DNA from: Pyrinomonadaceae bacterium
Lineage (GTDB): Bacteria > Acidobacteriota > Blastocatellia > Pyrinomonadales > Pyrinomonadaceae
Length of the DNA: 63,627 bases
Direction of reading: 5' to 3'
Assembly: GCA_035646955.1 (NCBI GenBank)
Contig: DASROI010000030.1
Span: 1 to 63,627 of the forward strand
A program made the translations under genes and the position numbers. The notes under the pieces were generated by a model. The model saw nothing but the letters and a program-made list of their open reading frames with translations. It searched no databases and was not told the origin of the DNA. Positions 55,063 through 63,627 of this stretch are shown here, in pieces; position 1 is the first letter of the stretch, and every line of letters begins with the position of its first letter.

Positions 55063-57329
55063 CCCCTTCGCTGAGACGTTTCATAGGAAGTGTCTTGCTT
55101 CTGGCTCTGGTGTGCAACACGACAGCTTTTGCCTGTGGTCCATTCTCCCTCGAAGCCATCTTTGTTCATACAGTGCATCCGAGTTACCCACTCGAGAGAT
55201 TCGCGCGGGGCCAAATCGGCGTCGTGCAACCTACCTATGCGCGCTCATATCTCTACGTTGCTTACCGCTACCTAAACGGCTCATCTTTCTCCGAGGCAGA
55301 ACAAAACGCACTTACGGAGTTTTGGAAAGACCGGCTCGAGTATCGCTGGAACCCGGGAGAGGAAGACTGGATCAAGTCATGGGCCACCGCGAGAGAGAAA
55401 GTGGCCGGACTGACCGAAACTCCCAAGATTGATGTGTACCGTAGCCGTGAGAAGCCGAACGAGTATGAAACATTTCTTAACTGTCAAAAAGATGCTTTCG
55501 ATACCGCGATTTCTACTCTAAATGAACGAATCGCAAAGTATGGCGGCGACAGTCCGGTTGTGCGTGAGTGGGTGGTCGCACAGGACCAGGTTTTTGCTAA
55601 CTGCTCTCAAGGAGCTCAGATTCCCGCCACTCTTACAGCAACTTCAGACCAACTAGCAATTGCAGATCGCAATTATCAAATCGCAGCCGCACAGTTCTAT
55701 GCCGGGCTTTTTGATGAGGCTAAGGCCGGCTTTGAAGCCATTCAGCGCGACCAAACATCACCGTGGAAGTCGAAGGCGTCCTATCTTGTCGCTCGAACCT
55801 TAATTAGAAAGGCCAGTCTTGGTCCAGGTGAAACAAAGGAGAAAGACCTGGCGCAAGCCGAAGTCAAACTCAAGCAAATCCTGAACGATCGTAGTCAGAC
55901 AGACCTTCACGGCGCTGCGGCGAGACTAATGGACCTCGTTAAGATTCGTCTGCATCCGGCAGAACGATTACATGAACTCGCCAAATTACTTGTAGCAGCC
56001 GATCAAAATCAGCGCTTGCAGCAAAGCCTCTGGGACTATACAGCTCTGTTAGATCAGTACCTCGAAACAGAGGATGCGACAAAACTGGAAACCGTATCCG
56101 GAATAATGCAGGCGGATGACCTCTCTGATTGGATTGCCACTATACAAATTGCCGGAGACAAAACAAAAGCGCATGCAATGGCTCGTTGGCAAGCGACTCA
56201 CTCTACTGCATGGTTGATCGCGGCTCTTTCCAAAGCCACCGGCACAACTGAAAATAGCAATGATTTGATTGCTGCCGCGCAGAAGATTCCTGCCAGCTCA
56301 CCAGCTTTTGCCTCAGCCCGTTTTCATGCAGTTCGGCTTTTGCTTGAATCAGGAAAGTCGCTGGAAGCTCGGCAGCTCGTAGAACAGGCGCTCAAAGACA
56401 ATGCAAGAGAACTGGACCAGTCTGCGATGAACCTGCTAATAGGCCAAAGGTTGAGAATGGCAACAAACTTGAGCGAGTTTCTGAGCGCTGCTCCACGCAT
56501 GCCTTCCGCCTTGAGCTGGAACGATGATGGTCGGGAAGTTCCCGCTGAAATAGCGCCTGAAGAAAATAAAGAAGTGATTGGCAAACCGTTCTTCGACGAC
56601 GACGCTGCTCGAATCATCAATCGAGAATTACCACTCGAGCTCTTACAGCAAGCCACACTCGCAACGGAACTTCCTGTAAATCTTCGCCGGGATGTCGCGC
56701 AAGCGACGTTCATAAGAGCAGTCCTGCTCAATGACTTAAAGACTGCGGACGCTGTGGTTCCTACTCTTAGAACTCTGTTCCCGGCTATTAGTCCTCTGCT
56801 CGATGAATTTGCGAATGAAAGTCTGCCCGATGCCAAAAAGTTCGCTGCAATCTATTTATGGTTAAAGACTCCCGGAATGGAGCCAGTGGTGGATGAAGGC
56901 ATTGGGAGAGAAACGCCAATTACCGAACGTGATACCTACCGGGACAACTGGTGGTGCTCTGCGTCGTACAACAATGTACCCAACGCGGACGAAACCACGA
57001 AAGAAAGCAAACCATTCACTTCGCAGACCGATGGCGCACCTCAATTTCTCAGTCAACAACTCTTAGCCACCGGAGCAAAACAGTTTCAAACAATCTCAAG
57101 CGGAGGTAGTGCGCCGAATTACCTTTGCCAACAAGTAATCGACTGGGCCAATAAGAATCCGGCCGACCCAAGAGTGCCGGAAGCACTGCACCTCGCGGTT
57201 ACGACCACGCGACGCGGATGCACTGACGCGAACTCTGGTCGTTGGTCCAAGGCGGCTTTTGATCTGCTGCATCGCAAGTATGGAAGCACAACTTGGGCAA
57301 AGAAAACGCCCTACTGGTTTAAGGACTAA
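55059..57329 (+). CDS. large secreted helical protein of unknown function (756 aa)
   Basis: Signal peptide: FIGSVLLLALVCNTTAFA/CGPF. It is mostly alpha-helical and TPR-like, with scattered Cys residues. It shares an ATGA overlap with the upstream gene. No family recognised. Confidence 0.6.
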   Translation: MTPSLRRFIGSVLLLALVCNTTAFACGPFSLEAIFVHTVHPSYPLERFARGQIGVVQPTYARSYLYVAYRYLNGSSFSEAEQNALTEFWKDRLEYRWNPGEEDWIKSWATAREKVAGLTETPKIDVYRSREKPNEYETFLNCQKDAFDTAISTLNERIAKYGGDSPVVREWVVAQDQVFANCSQGAQIPATLTATSDQLAIADRNYQIAAAQFYAGLFDEAKAGFEAIQRDQTSPWKSKASYLVARTLIRKASLGPGETKEKDLAQAEVKLKQILNDRSQTDLHGAAARLMDLVKIRLHPAERLHELAKLLVAADQNQRLQQSLWDYTALLDQYLETEDATKLETVSGIMQADDLSDWIATIQIAGDKTKAHAMARWQATHSTAWLIAALSKATGTTENSNDLIAAAQKIPASSPAFASARFHAVRLLLESGKSLEARQLVEQALKDNARELDQSAMNLLIGQRLRMATNLSEFLSAAPRMPSALSWNDDGREVPAEIAPEENKEVIGKPFFDDDAARIINRELPLELLQQATLATELPVNLRRDVAQATFIRAVLLNDLKTADAVVPTLRTLFPAISPLLDEFANESLPDAKKFAAIYLWLKTPGMEPVVDEGIGRETPITERDTYRDNWWCSASYNNVPNADETTKESKPFTSQTDGAPQFLSQQLLATGAKQFQTISSGGSAPNYLCQQVIDWANKNPADPRVPEALHLAVTTTRRGCTDANSGRWSKAAFDLLHRKYGSTTWAKKTPYWFKD

Positions 57330-57338
57330 ACGGGAATC

Positions 57339-59396
57339 ATGACACAATCTACAAATCGACTTATCAACGAAACCAGCCCCTACCTGCTACAGCACGCTCA
57401 CAATCCGGTTGATTGGTTTCCCTGGGGAAATGAAGCGTTTGCCAAAGCTCGCGAAACAAACAAGCCGGTCCTATTGAGCATTGGATACTCAGCGTGTCAC
57501 TGGTGTCACGTCATGGCCCATGAGTCGTTCGAAAATGAAGAGATTGCGAAGTTAATGAATGAACTGTTCGTCAACATAAAGGTCGATCGTGAGGAGCGGC
57601 CGGACCTCGACAGCATCTACATGAATGCCGTTCAAATGATGACTCATCACGGCGGTTGGCCTATGACAGTCTTTTTGACACCTGACGCCATTCCCTTTTA
57701 CGGAGGGACATATTTTCCACCACAGGATCGTTACAACATGCCGGGCTTTCCACGGGTTCTGATTGGCGTTGCCGAAGCGTACCGCGTGCGACCAACTGAC
57801 ATTGCTGAAACTTCCACCAGCCTTTTGGCCGAACTCAGAAAGATGAGTGCGAAAAGTGGCGAAGACCAGCCAATCGAGAATGAACTGCTTGATGCCGCGT
57901 ACCTGGGAATTATTCGAAACTACGACTCAACAAATGGTGGATTTGGGGGTGCACCGAAGTTTCCGCCAGCGATGTCATTGGAATTTCTTTTGAGAACACA
58001 CGCGCGGACCGGCAATCCGGATGCGCTCGAAATGATCACCAATACCGCTGAGAAGATGGCCCACGGCGGGATCTACGATCATCTCGCTGGTGGGTTCCAT
58101 CGCTACTCGACCGACGCCAAATGGTTGGTCCCTCACTTCGAGAAGATGCTCTACGACAACGCGCTCCTATCACGCTTCTATTTGCATTACTTCCAACTCA
58201 CCAAGTCTGATTTGGCGCGGACGACTGCAACGGGAGTACTTGATTACGTCTTGCAGGAAATGACAAGTCCCGACGGCGGCTTCTATTCAACCCAGGATGC
58301 GGACTCAGAAGGTCACGAAGGCAAATTCTTCGTTTGGGATCGAGCGGAGATTATTAATGCGCTTGGAGAGAAAGATGGTGATTTTTTTTGCGAGTACTTC
58401 AACGTCACCGAGGATGGAAATTTTGAGGGCAAAAACATATTAAATGTGACCGCAGCGGTCGATGAATTCGGTCGCCTGGCGAAGATCTCTGAACATGAGT
58501 TGAGTGCAATCATAGAACGTGGCAAAACGACGTTACTGGAATTGCGAAATCGACGAATAAAACCTGATCGGGACGAAAAGATTCTGACCGCCTGGAATGG
58601 CTTAATGCTAGCGAGTTTTAGCGAGGCCGGCGCGATCTTGGGGCGAGATGACTACACAAACGCTGCTCGCCAGAACGCGGATTTTCTAATGGGCCAACTT
58701 TGGCGAGACGGACGTCTTTTGCGAACCTTTAAGGACGGTGTAACAAAATTAAATGCCTACCTGGAAGACTATGCGTTTCTCGCGGAAGGACTGCTAACTC
58801 TTTACGAAACAACTGGTGAGTTAAAGTGGCTGAAGAGTTGTATCGATATCACCGAAACGATGGTGGAACAGTTCTGGGACGACAAGGAAGGGGGCTTTTA
58901 TTTCACCGGTAAAGATCACGAAGACCTGATTGTCAGGACCAAGGACTATTTTGATAACGCAACACCAGCGGGAAATTCAGTGGCTGCGAGTGTTCTCTTA
59001 AGATTGAGCGTTCTCTTGGATAAAGAGGGCTATCGCAACCTAGGTATTGCGGTGCTGAGAGAGGTTGCTTATTCCGCTCGTCGTTATCCTTCAGGCTTTG
59101 GCTATGCGCTCTCCGTCGCCGAGTTCTTGCTTGCGAGCAAAAAAGAGGTCGCCCTGATCGCAAAGAATGAGGAGATATTGAAGGAGTTTATTGGCGCTAC
59201 ATGGCGCGAGTTTGTTCCTAACAAGGTTGTCGCGGGTTCGTTGGAAACAGAACTCAATAACACACCTGTTCGTCTACTGGAAAACCGGATCGTTGCTGAA
59301 GGTTCCGCGGTCACAGCCTACGTTTGTGAGAACTACACCTGCAAAATTCCCGCAACCGAGCTGAGCACATTTATGGACCAATTACTCGAAAAGTGA
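57339..59396 (+). CDS. thioredoxin-domain protein, DUF255/YyaL (SSP411-like, (alpha/alpha)6-barrel C-domain)
   Basis: 685 aa with [25 protein letters not shown] and [13 protein letters not shown]. It starts 9 nt after the upstream stop. Confidence 0.9.
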   Translation: MTQSTNRLINETSPYLLQHAHNPVDWFPWGNEAFAKARETNKPVLLSIGYSACHWCHVMAHESFENEEIAKLMNELFVNIKVDREERPDLDSIYMNAVQMMTHHGGWPMTVFLTPDAIPFYGGTYFPPQDRYNMPGFPRVLIGVAEAYRVRPTDIAETSTSLLAELRKMSAKSGEDQPIENELLDAAYLGIIRNYDSTNGGFGGAPKFPPAMSLEFLLRTHARTGNPDALEMITNTAEKMAHGGIYDHLAGGFHRYSTDAKWLVPHFEKMLYDNALLSRFYLHYFQLTKSDLARTTATGVLDYVLQEMTSPDGGFYSTQDADSEGHEGKFFVWDRAEIINALGEKDGDFFCEYFNVTEDGNFEGKNILNVTAAVDEFGRLAKISEHELSAIIERGKTTLLELRNRRIKPDRDEKILTAWNGLMLASFSEAGAILGRDDYTNAARQNADFLMGQLWRDGRLLRTFKDGVTKLNAYLEDYAFLAEGLLTLYETTGELKWLKSCIDITETMVEQFWDDKEGGFYFTGKDHEDLIVRTKDYFDNATPAGNSVAASVLLRLSVLLDKEGYRNLGIAVLREVAYSARRYPSGFGYALSVAEFLLASKKEVALIAKNEEILKEFIGATWREFVPNKVVAGSLETELNNTPVRLLENRIVAEGSAVTAYVCENYTCKIPATELSTFMDQLLEK

Positions 59397-59418
59397 ATTT
59401 GGTTCCCATGAGTTAGTA

Positions 59419-59446
59419 CCGGCCCGCGGTTGGGCCGGGTTACTTT
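59419..59446 (+). terminator. probable intrinsic terminator after the YyaL-type gene
   Basis: CCGGCCC-gcggtt-GGGCCGG (7-bp stem) is followed by GTTACTTT, which is only a weak U-tract. Confidence 0.45.
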
Positions 59447-59530
59447 CGAATTGCTATTAATGGACAAAATAGAAAATGGGAAATGACCCCATCCGCCCCC
59501 CAGGAGTTTTCCCACATCACCACCTCGCTC

Positions 59531-59560
59531 TTGACGCCAACATCCTGATACAGCTATAGT
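59531..59560 (+). promoter_or_regulatory. sigma-70-type promoter TTGACG-18 nt-TATAGT
   Basis: The near-consensus hexamers lie about 180 nt upstream of the HD-GYP-GAF-GGDEF gene. Confidence 0.55.
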
Positions 59561-59566
59561 TAAACC

Positions 59567-59707
59567 TGTGCCAAACAGTGTTGGGCACACTTACCTGCGA
59601 AGGTTAGTGCGGCTAAACCCTCGCAAACCCAAGTCAAAAGCCAGTTAAGTGGCGCTAACGTGCCCGTTAGAACCTTCCCCCCGCACTCTTAATTCAGCGG
59701 AAGAGTG
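59567..59707 (+). promoter_or_regulatory. structured 5-prime leader (four consecutive hairpins) of the HD-GYP-GAF-GGDEF gene
   Basis: Hairpins: 59567-59589 (TGTGCCAA/TTGGGCACA), 59596-59625 (TGCGAAGG/CCCTCGCA with inner TTAG/CTAA), 59655-59670 (CTAACG-tgcc-CGTTAG) and 59684-59707 (CACTCTT/AAGAGTG). Confidence 0.35.
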
Positions 59708-59742
59708 GTCAAGCAGTTTGGTCCGCTACCTCCAGGAAGGAT

Positions 59743-62295
59743 GTGAGCCCCAGGATGTCTTCCCTCAGTCGGAATAGCACGGTTGTATTGCTATGCGCTG
59801 CGCCTGTTTGTCTAGTCATACTGGTTTGGGGCGCGATCAGCACTCTCAGCCTGCCCTGGTCTACTCCAGCAGGCATCTTCTCTTTTGTCGGTATCGCCCT
59901 GCTCACGATGATCTCGGCCGGATTCTCCGTCGCTGTTACCGACTCAAACCGGCACAAATGGTCACATAAATCTGTCGCCGACGCGTTTGTTCTACTGGCA
60001 ATCATTACCTACTCAGGTTCGGCCAGCGGGAATGCTGGTCCATCGGTGATTCTCGCAGGTATCACCGCCGTCGCCGCTTCTTACGGCGTTTACAGTCGAC
60101 GAGCAATAATAGGCGTTACGTCTGTGTCAGTGATATCGACGCTGCTGATCGCTTCGATTTATGACATCGTAGTGGATCTCGTTGCCGGCAAATCAAATCT
60201 GGCTGGCGCCAGCGGAATCCAGTTCAAGACTTTTCTCTTCCCTCTTTTACTTCTGGCGACACTCCAATACTTTCTGAGTACGGTGGTAACGGCGTGGTTC
60301 CTGAGTTTAGAGGCGGGAACCTTCAGGTTGTTACCTTCACCTGAAAGCATTGTTTGGACGGGTGCAGCTCAGCTAGCTTCACTTGCTTCAGCAGTACTAA
60401 TTTATTCAGCCATTCAAACGGCCGACGCTCTTTATGCTTTTACCGGCGTATTGACTTCAGCCGTCGTCTATTTGCTCTACCACTTCAATGAGAAGCGGCT
60501 CGACGAAGTGAGACGAGCAGAAGCAGAACGACGCAGACATGCCGAAGAGATGGCCACGATTCACATGAACACGATTGAATCGCTGGCCATTGCAATCGAC
60601 GCCAAAGACCAGACTACTCACGGGCACGTGCGGCGTACCCAGATCTATGCCGAACAGATGGGCAAATTGCTGCGTGTGTCGCAACTGGAAGTCCAGGCCT
60701 TGCTTGCCGGCGCGCTACTTCACGACATCGGGAAACTGGCCGTGCCGGAATACATCCTGAATAAGCCGGGCAAGCTAACTGAAGCAGAATTCGCGAAGAT
60801 GAAAATTCACCCGACCGTGGGTGGAGATATTCTGAAGCGCGTAAACTTTCCCTATCCAGTGGAAGATATTGTTCGCTATCACCATGAGAAGTGGGACGGA
60901 AGTGGCTATCCCAAAGGCCTTAAGGGCGAAGCGATTCCGTTAACTGCAAGGATCATTTCGGTCGTCGACTTTTATGACGCTACGCGCTGCGATCGTCCTT
61001 ACCGCAAGGGAATGAAGCGCGAAGACTCGCTCGGTCTGTTGCGAGGCATGATTGGAACTGCATTCGATCCAAAAGTGGTCCAGGTGTTCATCGATCACGT
61101 GGAAGAGTTTGACCGGCTGATCAAAGCTGAGGACATCCAGGAACAGGTGCCATCTGAAATACCAGAGCTTGATCTCGAGACTAAGACTCGTCCGGATGCT
61201 GGTCTGGCTTCTGATGTAATGGGCACTCAGGAAGAACGGACAGATGGATTTCGGTCCATCAGCGACGCCCAGCGTGAAGTTTTTGCCTTACACGAAATCG
61301 CTCAAACTATCGGGTCTTCACTCAACCTCAGTGATACGGTCGCGCTGGTCAGTAATAAATTGAGAGCGATCGTCCCGTTCGATAGTTGCGTAATCTTTGT
61401 GGTGGACGAACGTTCGGGCAAAGCAGTTGCAGCGCACGCGGCCGGTGATCATCACGACATATTCTCTCGACGCAAAATCGAGATAGGTGAAGGTATCACT
61501 GGTTGGGTTGTCGCTAATTGCCGGTCTATGTGCAACGCATCGGCTGAGCTGGACCTCGTTGGCGTGCCTGACAGCGTTGCCAAACAATACCGGGGGATAC
61601 TCGTTTCACCATTGCTGCGTGAAGACGGGGCCTTTGGCGCCATCGCGCTTTACTCGAAAGCACGCACCTCTTACACGACTGAACATGTCCGCTTATTAGA
61701 GTCGGTGTGCCAACACGCATCAAGCGCTCTTAACAATGCGTTGACGTACGAAAAAACCAAAGAGAGCGCATTGGTTGACCCACTCACTGATCTTCCAAAC
61801 GCACGTGGGTTCTACATGATGCTCGAACAGAAGATTGCCGAGTGCCAGCGATTGAAACGTGAATCGCTCGCCGTAATAAGCATGGACATTGATGAATTCA
61901 AGGTCATCAACGACAAGTACGGTCACTCAACCGGCGACCGTTTACTGGCAAGTATCGCGGGAGCAATCCGACACGAGCTGAGGCAGATGGACATTCTCAC
62001 TCGTTACGCTGGCGATGAATTCGTCGCAATTATGCCAATGGCCTCGAACAACATGGCCCAGTCGGTGGGTGAGCGAATGAGAAACACTGTCGAGGACCAG
62101 CTATTCTCTGTCCGACCCGGAACTATGATCGGAGTAGGATTGAGTATGGGAGTGGCTTGTTTCCCGGAAGATGGAGAGACAAGCGAGGAACTGCTCACGG
62201 CCGCTGCTCGCAAGATGCAGAAGGACAAGCACAGGCGCAAGAGCGTCTTGACGCTGGCGTGTGCTGGTGTAAGCTCAATTGACGCCATCACCTAG
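59743..62295 (+). CDS. multi-TM sensor fused to HD-GYP, GAF and GGDEF(AGDEF) domains
   Basis: 850 aa with ~7 N-terminal TM helices. HD-GYP: HGHVRRT, LLHDIGK, HHEKWDGSGYPKGL, DATRCDRPYR. GAF: ITGWVVANCRS. GGDEF domain: RYAGDEF, with an RQMD I-site. Confidence 0.88.
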   Translation: MSPRMSSLSRNSTVVLLCAAPVCLVILVWGAISTLSLPWSTPAGIFSFVGIALLTMISAGFSVAVTDSNRHKWSHKSVADAFVLLAIITYSGSASGNAGPSVILAGITAVAASYGVYSRRAIIGVTSVSVISTLLIASIYDIVVDLVAGKSNLAGASGIQFKTFLFPLLLLATLQYFLSTVVTAWFLSLEAGTFRLLPSPESIVWTGAAQLASLASAVLIYSAIQTADALYAFTGVLTSAVVYLLYHFNEKRLDEVRRAEAERRRHAEEMATIHMNTIESLAIAIDAKDQTTHGHVRRTQIYAEQMGKLLRVSQLEVQALLAGALLHDIGKLAVPEYILNKPGKLTEAEFAKMKIHPTVGGDILKRVNFPYPVEDIVRYHHEKWDGSGYPKGLKGEAIPLTARIISVVDFYDATRCDRPYRKGMKREDSLGLLRGMIGTAFDPKVVQVFIDHVEEFDRLIKAEDIQEQVPSEIPELDLETKTRPDAGLASDVMGTQEERTDGFRSISDAQREVFALHEIAQTIGSSLNLSDTVALVSNKLRAIVPFDSCVIFVVDERSGKAVAAHAAGDHHDIFSRRKIEIGEGITGWVVANCRSMCNASAELDLVGVPDSVAKQYRGILVSPLLREDGAFGAIALYSKARTSYTTEHVRLLESVCQHASSALNNALTYEKTKESALVDPLTDLPNARGFYMMLEQKIAECQRLKRESLAVISMDIDEFKVINDKYGHSTGDRLLASIAGAIRHELRQMDILTRYAGDEFVAIMPMASNNMAQSVGERMRNTVEDQLFSVRPGTMIGVGLSMGVACFPEDGETSEELLTAAARKMQKDKHRRKSVLTLACAGVSSIDAIT

Positions 62296-62356
62296 TCTGC
62301 TCGTCTAATTGACCTCAGAGCTTTAAACTAAAACCAGAACCTTTTAGTGCGCGCTT

Positions 62357-62386
62357 TTGCACGCCTTTGTTAATCTCGCGTATAAT
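62357..62386 (+). promoter_or_regulatory. sigma-70-type promoter TTGCAC-18 nt-TATAAT upstream of pdhA
   Basis: The hexamers are at 62357-62362 and 62381-62386, about 100 nt upstream of the pdhA ATG. Confidence 0.5.
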
Positions 62387-62484
62387 TCCTCGCTTAGCTT
62401 GAATCCGTTAGAAACGCGATCTTTCATATAGCGCCCGCTTAAGATGCGGGCATTGTTAGTGCGCAGGTCTGAATTCTGCTTATC

Positions 62485-63609
62485 ATGAGTAAACAAACCC
62501 AATCGCCCTCGGCAGGCGGAGCTGAAGATAGAGCTTCCACCTCAGTCATTGACCCACCCGACCAGAACACACGTCAACAACTGAGTCGTGAACGAGACGC
62601 TGCGAAAAAGAAACAAAAAGAGCGCCTTAGCCAGCTTGATCAGGAGTCGTTGATTGAGCTCTATCGCCAGATGTTGCTGATCCGACGCTTTGAAGAGAAG
62701 GCGGCTGAAGCCTATGTGGCCGGAAAGATCGGCGGATTCTGCCACCTCTACATCGGCCAGGAAGCGGTCGGAGTTGGCGCTATCTCGGCACTTCGACAGG
62801 ACGACTATGTCCTGGGAAGTTATCGCGAACACGGTCAGGCGCTTGCCAAGGGGATGCCCGCCAAAGCGATCATGGCTGAACTATTCGGCAAGGTCACCGG
62901 TTGTTCAAAAGGCAAAGGCGGTTCAATGCACATGTTCGATAAGGAGCTTGGATTCCTTGGCGGACATGCAATTGTCGGTGGACAGATTCCGTTAGCAACG
63001 GGCACCGCATTCGCTTCGAAGTATCAAGGAAAAGACCAGGTCACCGTTTGCTTCTTCGGAGAGGCTGCCGTGAACCAGGGAGCGTTTCACGAGTCGCTAA
63101 ACATGGCCCAACTCTGGAAGATTCCCTGCATCTACATCTGCGAAAACAATCAGTACGGCATGGGAACTTCGCTCGAACGGGCGATGTCGCTCCGCGATAT
63201 TGCGCAAAAAGCCTGCGCGTATGAGATGGCTTCCGAGTTTGTGGACGGTATGGACGTGCTCGCGGTCCGTGAAGCAACGATGCGTGCGGTCGAGCGCGGT
63301 CGAAAAGAGTCGTTACCTACCTTGTTAGAGGTCAGGACCTATCGCTTTATGGGTCACTCGATGTCAGACCCGGGAAATTACCGAACCAGAGCTGAAATCG
63401 AGAAGTACCAGGAGCGCGATCCGATCAAGTTATTCTCGGCAAGCTTGCTCGAAGAAGGAATAGTGGATCAGGCAAAACTGGACCAGATGGATAAAGACAT
63501 TCGAGCGGAAGTTGAAGAGTCCGTGAAGTTTGCCGACGAGAGTCCCGAACCACCGCCTGAAGATCTCTACACTGACGTTTACGCGAATCCAATCAATTTT
63601 GAAAAATAG
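62485..63609 (+). CDS. pdhA: pyruvate dehydrogenase E1 component, alpha subunit
   Basis: 374 aa with FCHLYIGQEA and the TPP-binding region FFGEAAVNQGAFHESLNMAQLWKIPCIYICENNQYGMGT, plus YRFMGHSMSDP. It has a ~50-aa low-complexity N-terminal extension. Confidence 0.9.
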   Translation: MSKQTQSPSAGGAEDRASTSVIDPPDQNTRQQLSRERDAAKKKQKERLSQLDQESLIELYRQMLLIRRFEEKAAEAYVAGKIGGFCHLYIGQEAVGVGAISALRQDDYVLGSYREHGQALAKGMPAKAIMAELFGKVTGCSKGKGGSMHMFDKELGFLGGHAIVGGQIPLATGTAFASKYQGKDQVTVCFFGEAAVNQGAFHESLNMAQLWKIPCIYICENNQYGMGTSLERAMSLRDIAQKACAYEMASEFVDGMDVLAVREATMRAVERGRKESLPTLLEVRTYRFMGHSMSDPGNYRTRAEIEKYQERDPIKLFSASLLEEGIVDQAKLDQMDKDIRAEVEESVKFADESPEPPPEDLYTDVYANPINFEK

Positions 63610-63627
63610 AATAGATAGATACTGAAT

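Noticed and set aside
59583-59599. Sigma-54-like GGCAC...TGC on the plus strand in the leader of the HD-GYP-GAF-GGDEF gene.
   Set aside because: The GG-to-GC spacing is one nucleotide too long and the T preceding GG is missing. Sigma-54 promoters do not tolerate spacing changes.
59596-59645. Possible c-di-GMP riboswitch (GEMM-I-like fragments CGCAAACCC and AAAAGCC).
   Set aside because: Only short fragments resemble the consensus, and I could not assemble the canonical two-helix tetraloop/receptor architecture. I report the region as an unclassified structured leader pending an Rfam covariance search.
59716-59750. SRP-RNA-like string GGTCCG...CCAGGAAGGA..GAGCC.
   Set aside because: An insertion interrupts the conserved domain IV sequence. 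I could not build a complementary 5-prime/3-prime helix, and the stretch coincides with the SD and start codon of the downstream gene.
62433-62451. Hairpin GCCCGC-ttaagat-GCGGGC in the pdhA leader, considered as a possible attenuator.
   Set aside because: The stem is short, with no U-tract and no alternative pairing evident. It is probably just a transcript-stabilising or incidental hairpin.
1-63627. Search by eye for CRISPR arrays, tRNA/rRNA genes, tandem repeats, transposases, integrases, phage genes, toxin-antitoxin pairs and known defence genes.
   Set aside because: I saw no direct-repeat/spacer arrays, no tRNA-like T-arm/acceptor contexts, no rRNA-like stretches and no recombinase-like ORFs. 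The window looks like core chromosome enriched in signalling genes rather than a mobile or defence island.

Overview
This is a 63.6-kb, gene-dense bacterial chromosomal segment, roughly 50% GC by eye. I found no rRNA, tRNA, CRISPR array, transposase or integrase. All protein family calls come from motifs read in the supplied translations and recalled from memory, because no searches could be run. A sigma-54 enhancer-binding protein, OmpA-family proteins, an MsbA-like exporter and many secreted TPR/DinB/GNAT proteins suggest a diderm soil-type bacterium, possibly Acidobacteriota-like; this is unverified.

Layout:
- 1-18.8 kb: 24 consecutive minus-strand genes. They are an unlisted partial DinB, ggt, a thioesterase, an RsbU-type PAS-GAF-PP2C, a TPR::alpha/beta-hydrolase fusion, several small enzymes, a GT28/SDR/cupin group, an ArsR-SRPBCC pair, an orphan ECF sigma, an OmpA protein, DUF2277-DUF763, a GNAT and an NTF2-like protein.
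- 19.0-27.5 kb: a plus-strand cluster of FhaA-like / class B PBP / RodA / PP2C / Hanks kinase / FhaA-like genes.
- 27.5-33.2 kb: a tightly packed minus-strand operon of PocR-GAF-GGDEF, a 757-aa degenerate-NTPase::RsbW-type kinase fusion, STAS and GAF-HD-GYP. I consider this the best candidate for an undescribed signalling system.
- 33.7-39.8 kb: a five-gene peptide ABC transporter.
- 40.8-47.1 kb: an NtrC-type regulator, a secreted unknown protein, a multi-TM histidine kinase and a coiled-coil OmpA.
- 47.5-63.6 kb: an OmpR-type regulator plus an unlisted 57-aa membrane ORF, an MsbA-like exporter, yicC-gmk-rpoZ, ETF-QO, a DUF3142-like/756-aa/YyaL trio of unknown function, a membrane HD-GYP-GAF-GGDEF protein and pdhA.

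Non-coding highlights:
- A perfect 12-2-12 palindrome over the arsR promoter.
- GTAG-headed REP/REPIN-like palindromes.
- A 22-bp perfect inverted repeat.
- A cluster of GC-rich hairpins with compensatory substitutions.
- A long nested hairpin.
- Candidate sigma-54 and ECF promoters.
- A structured 175-nt leader in front of a c-di-GMP gene.
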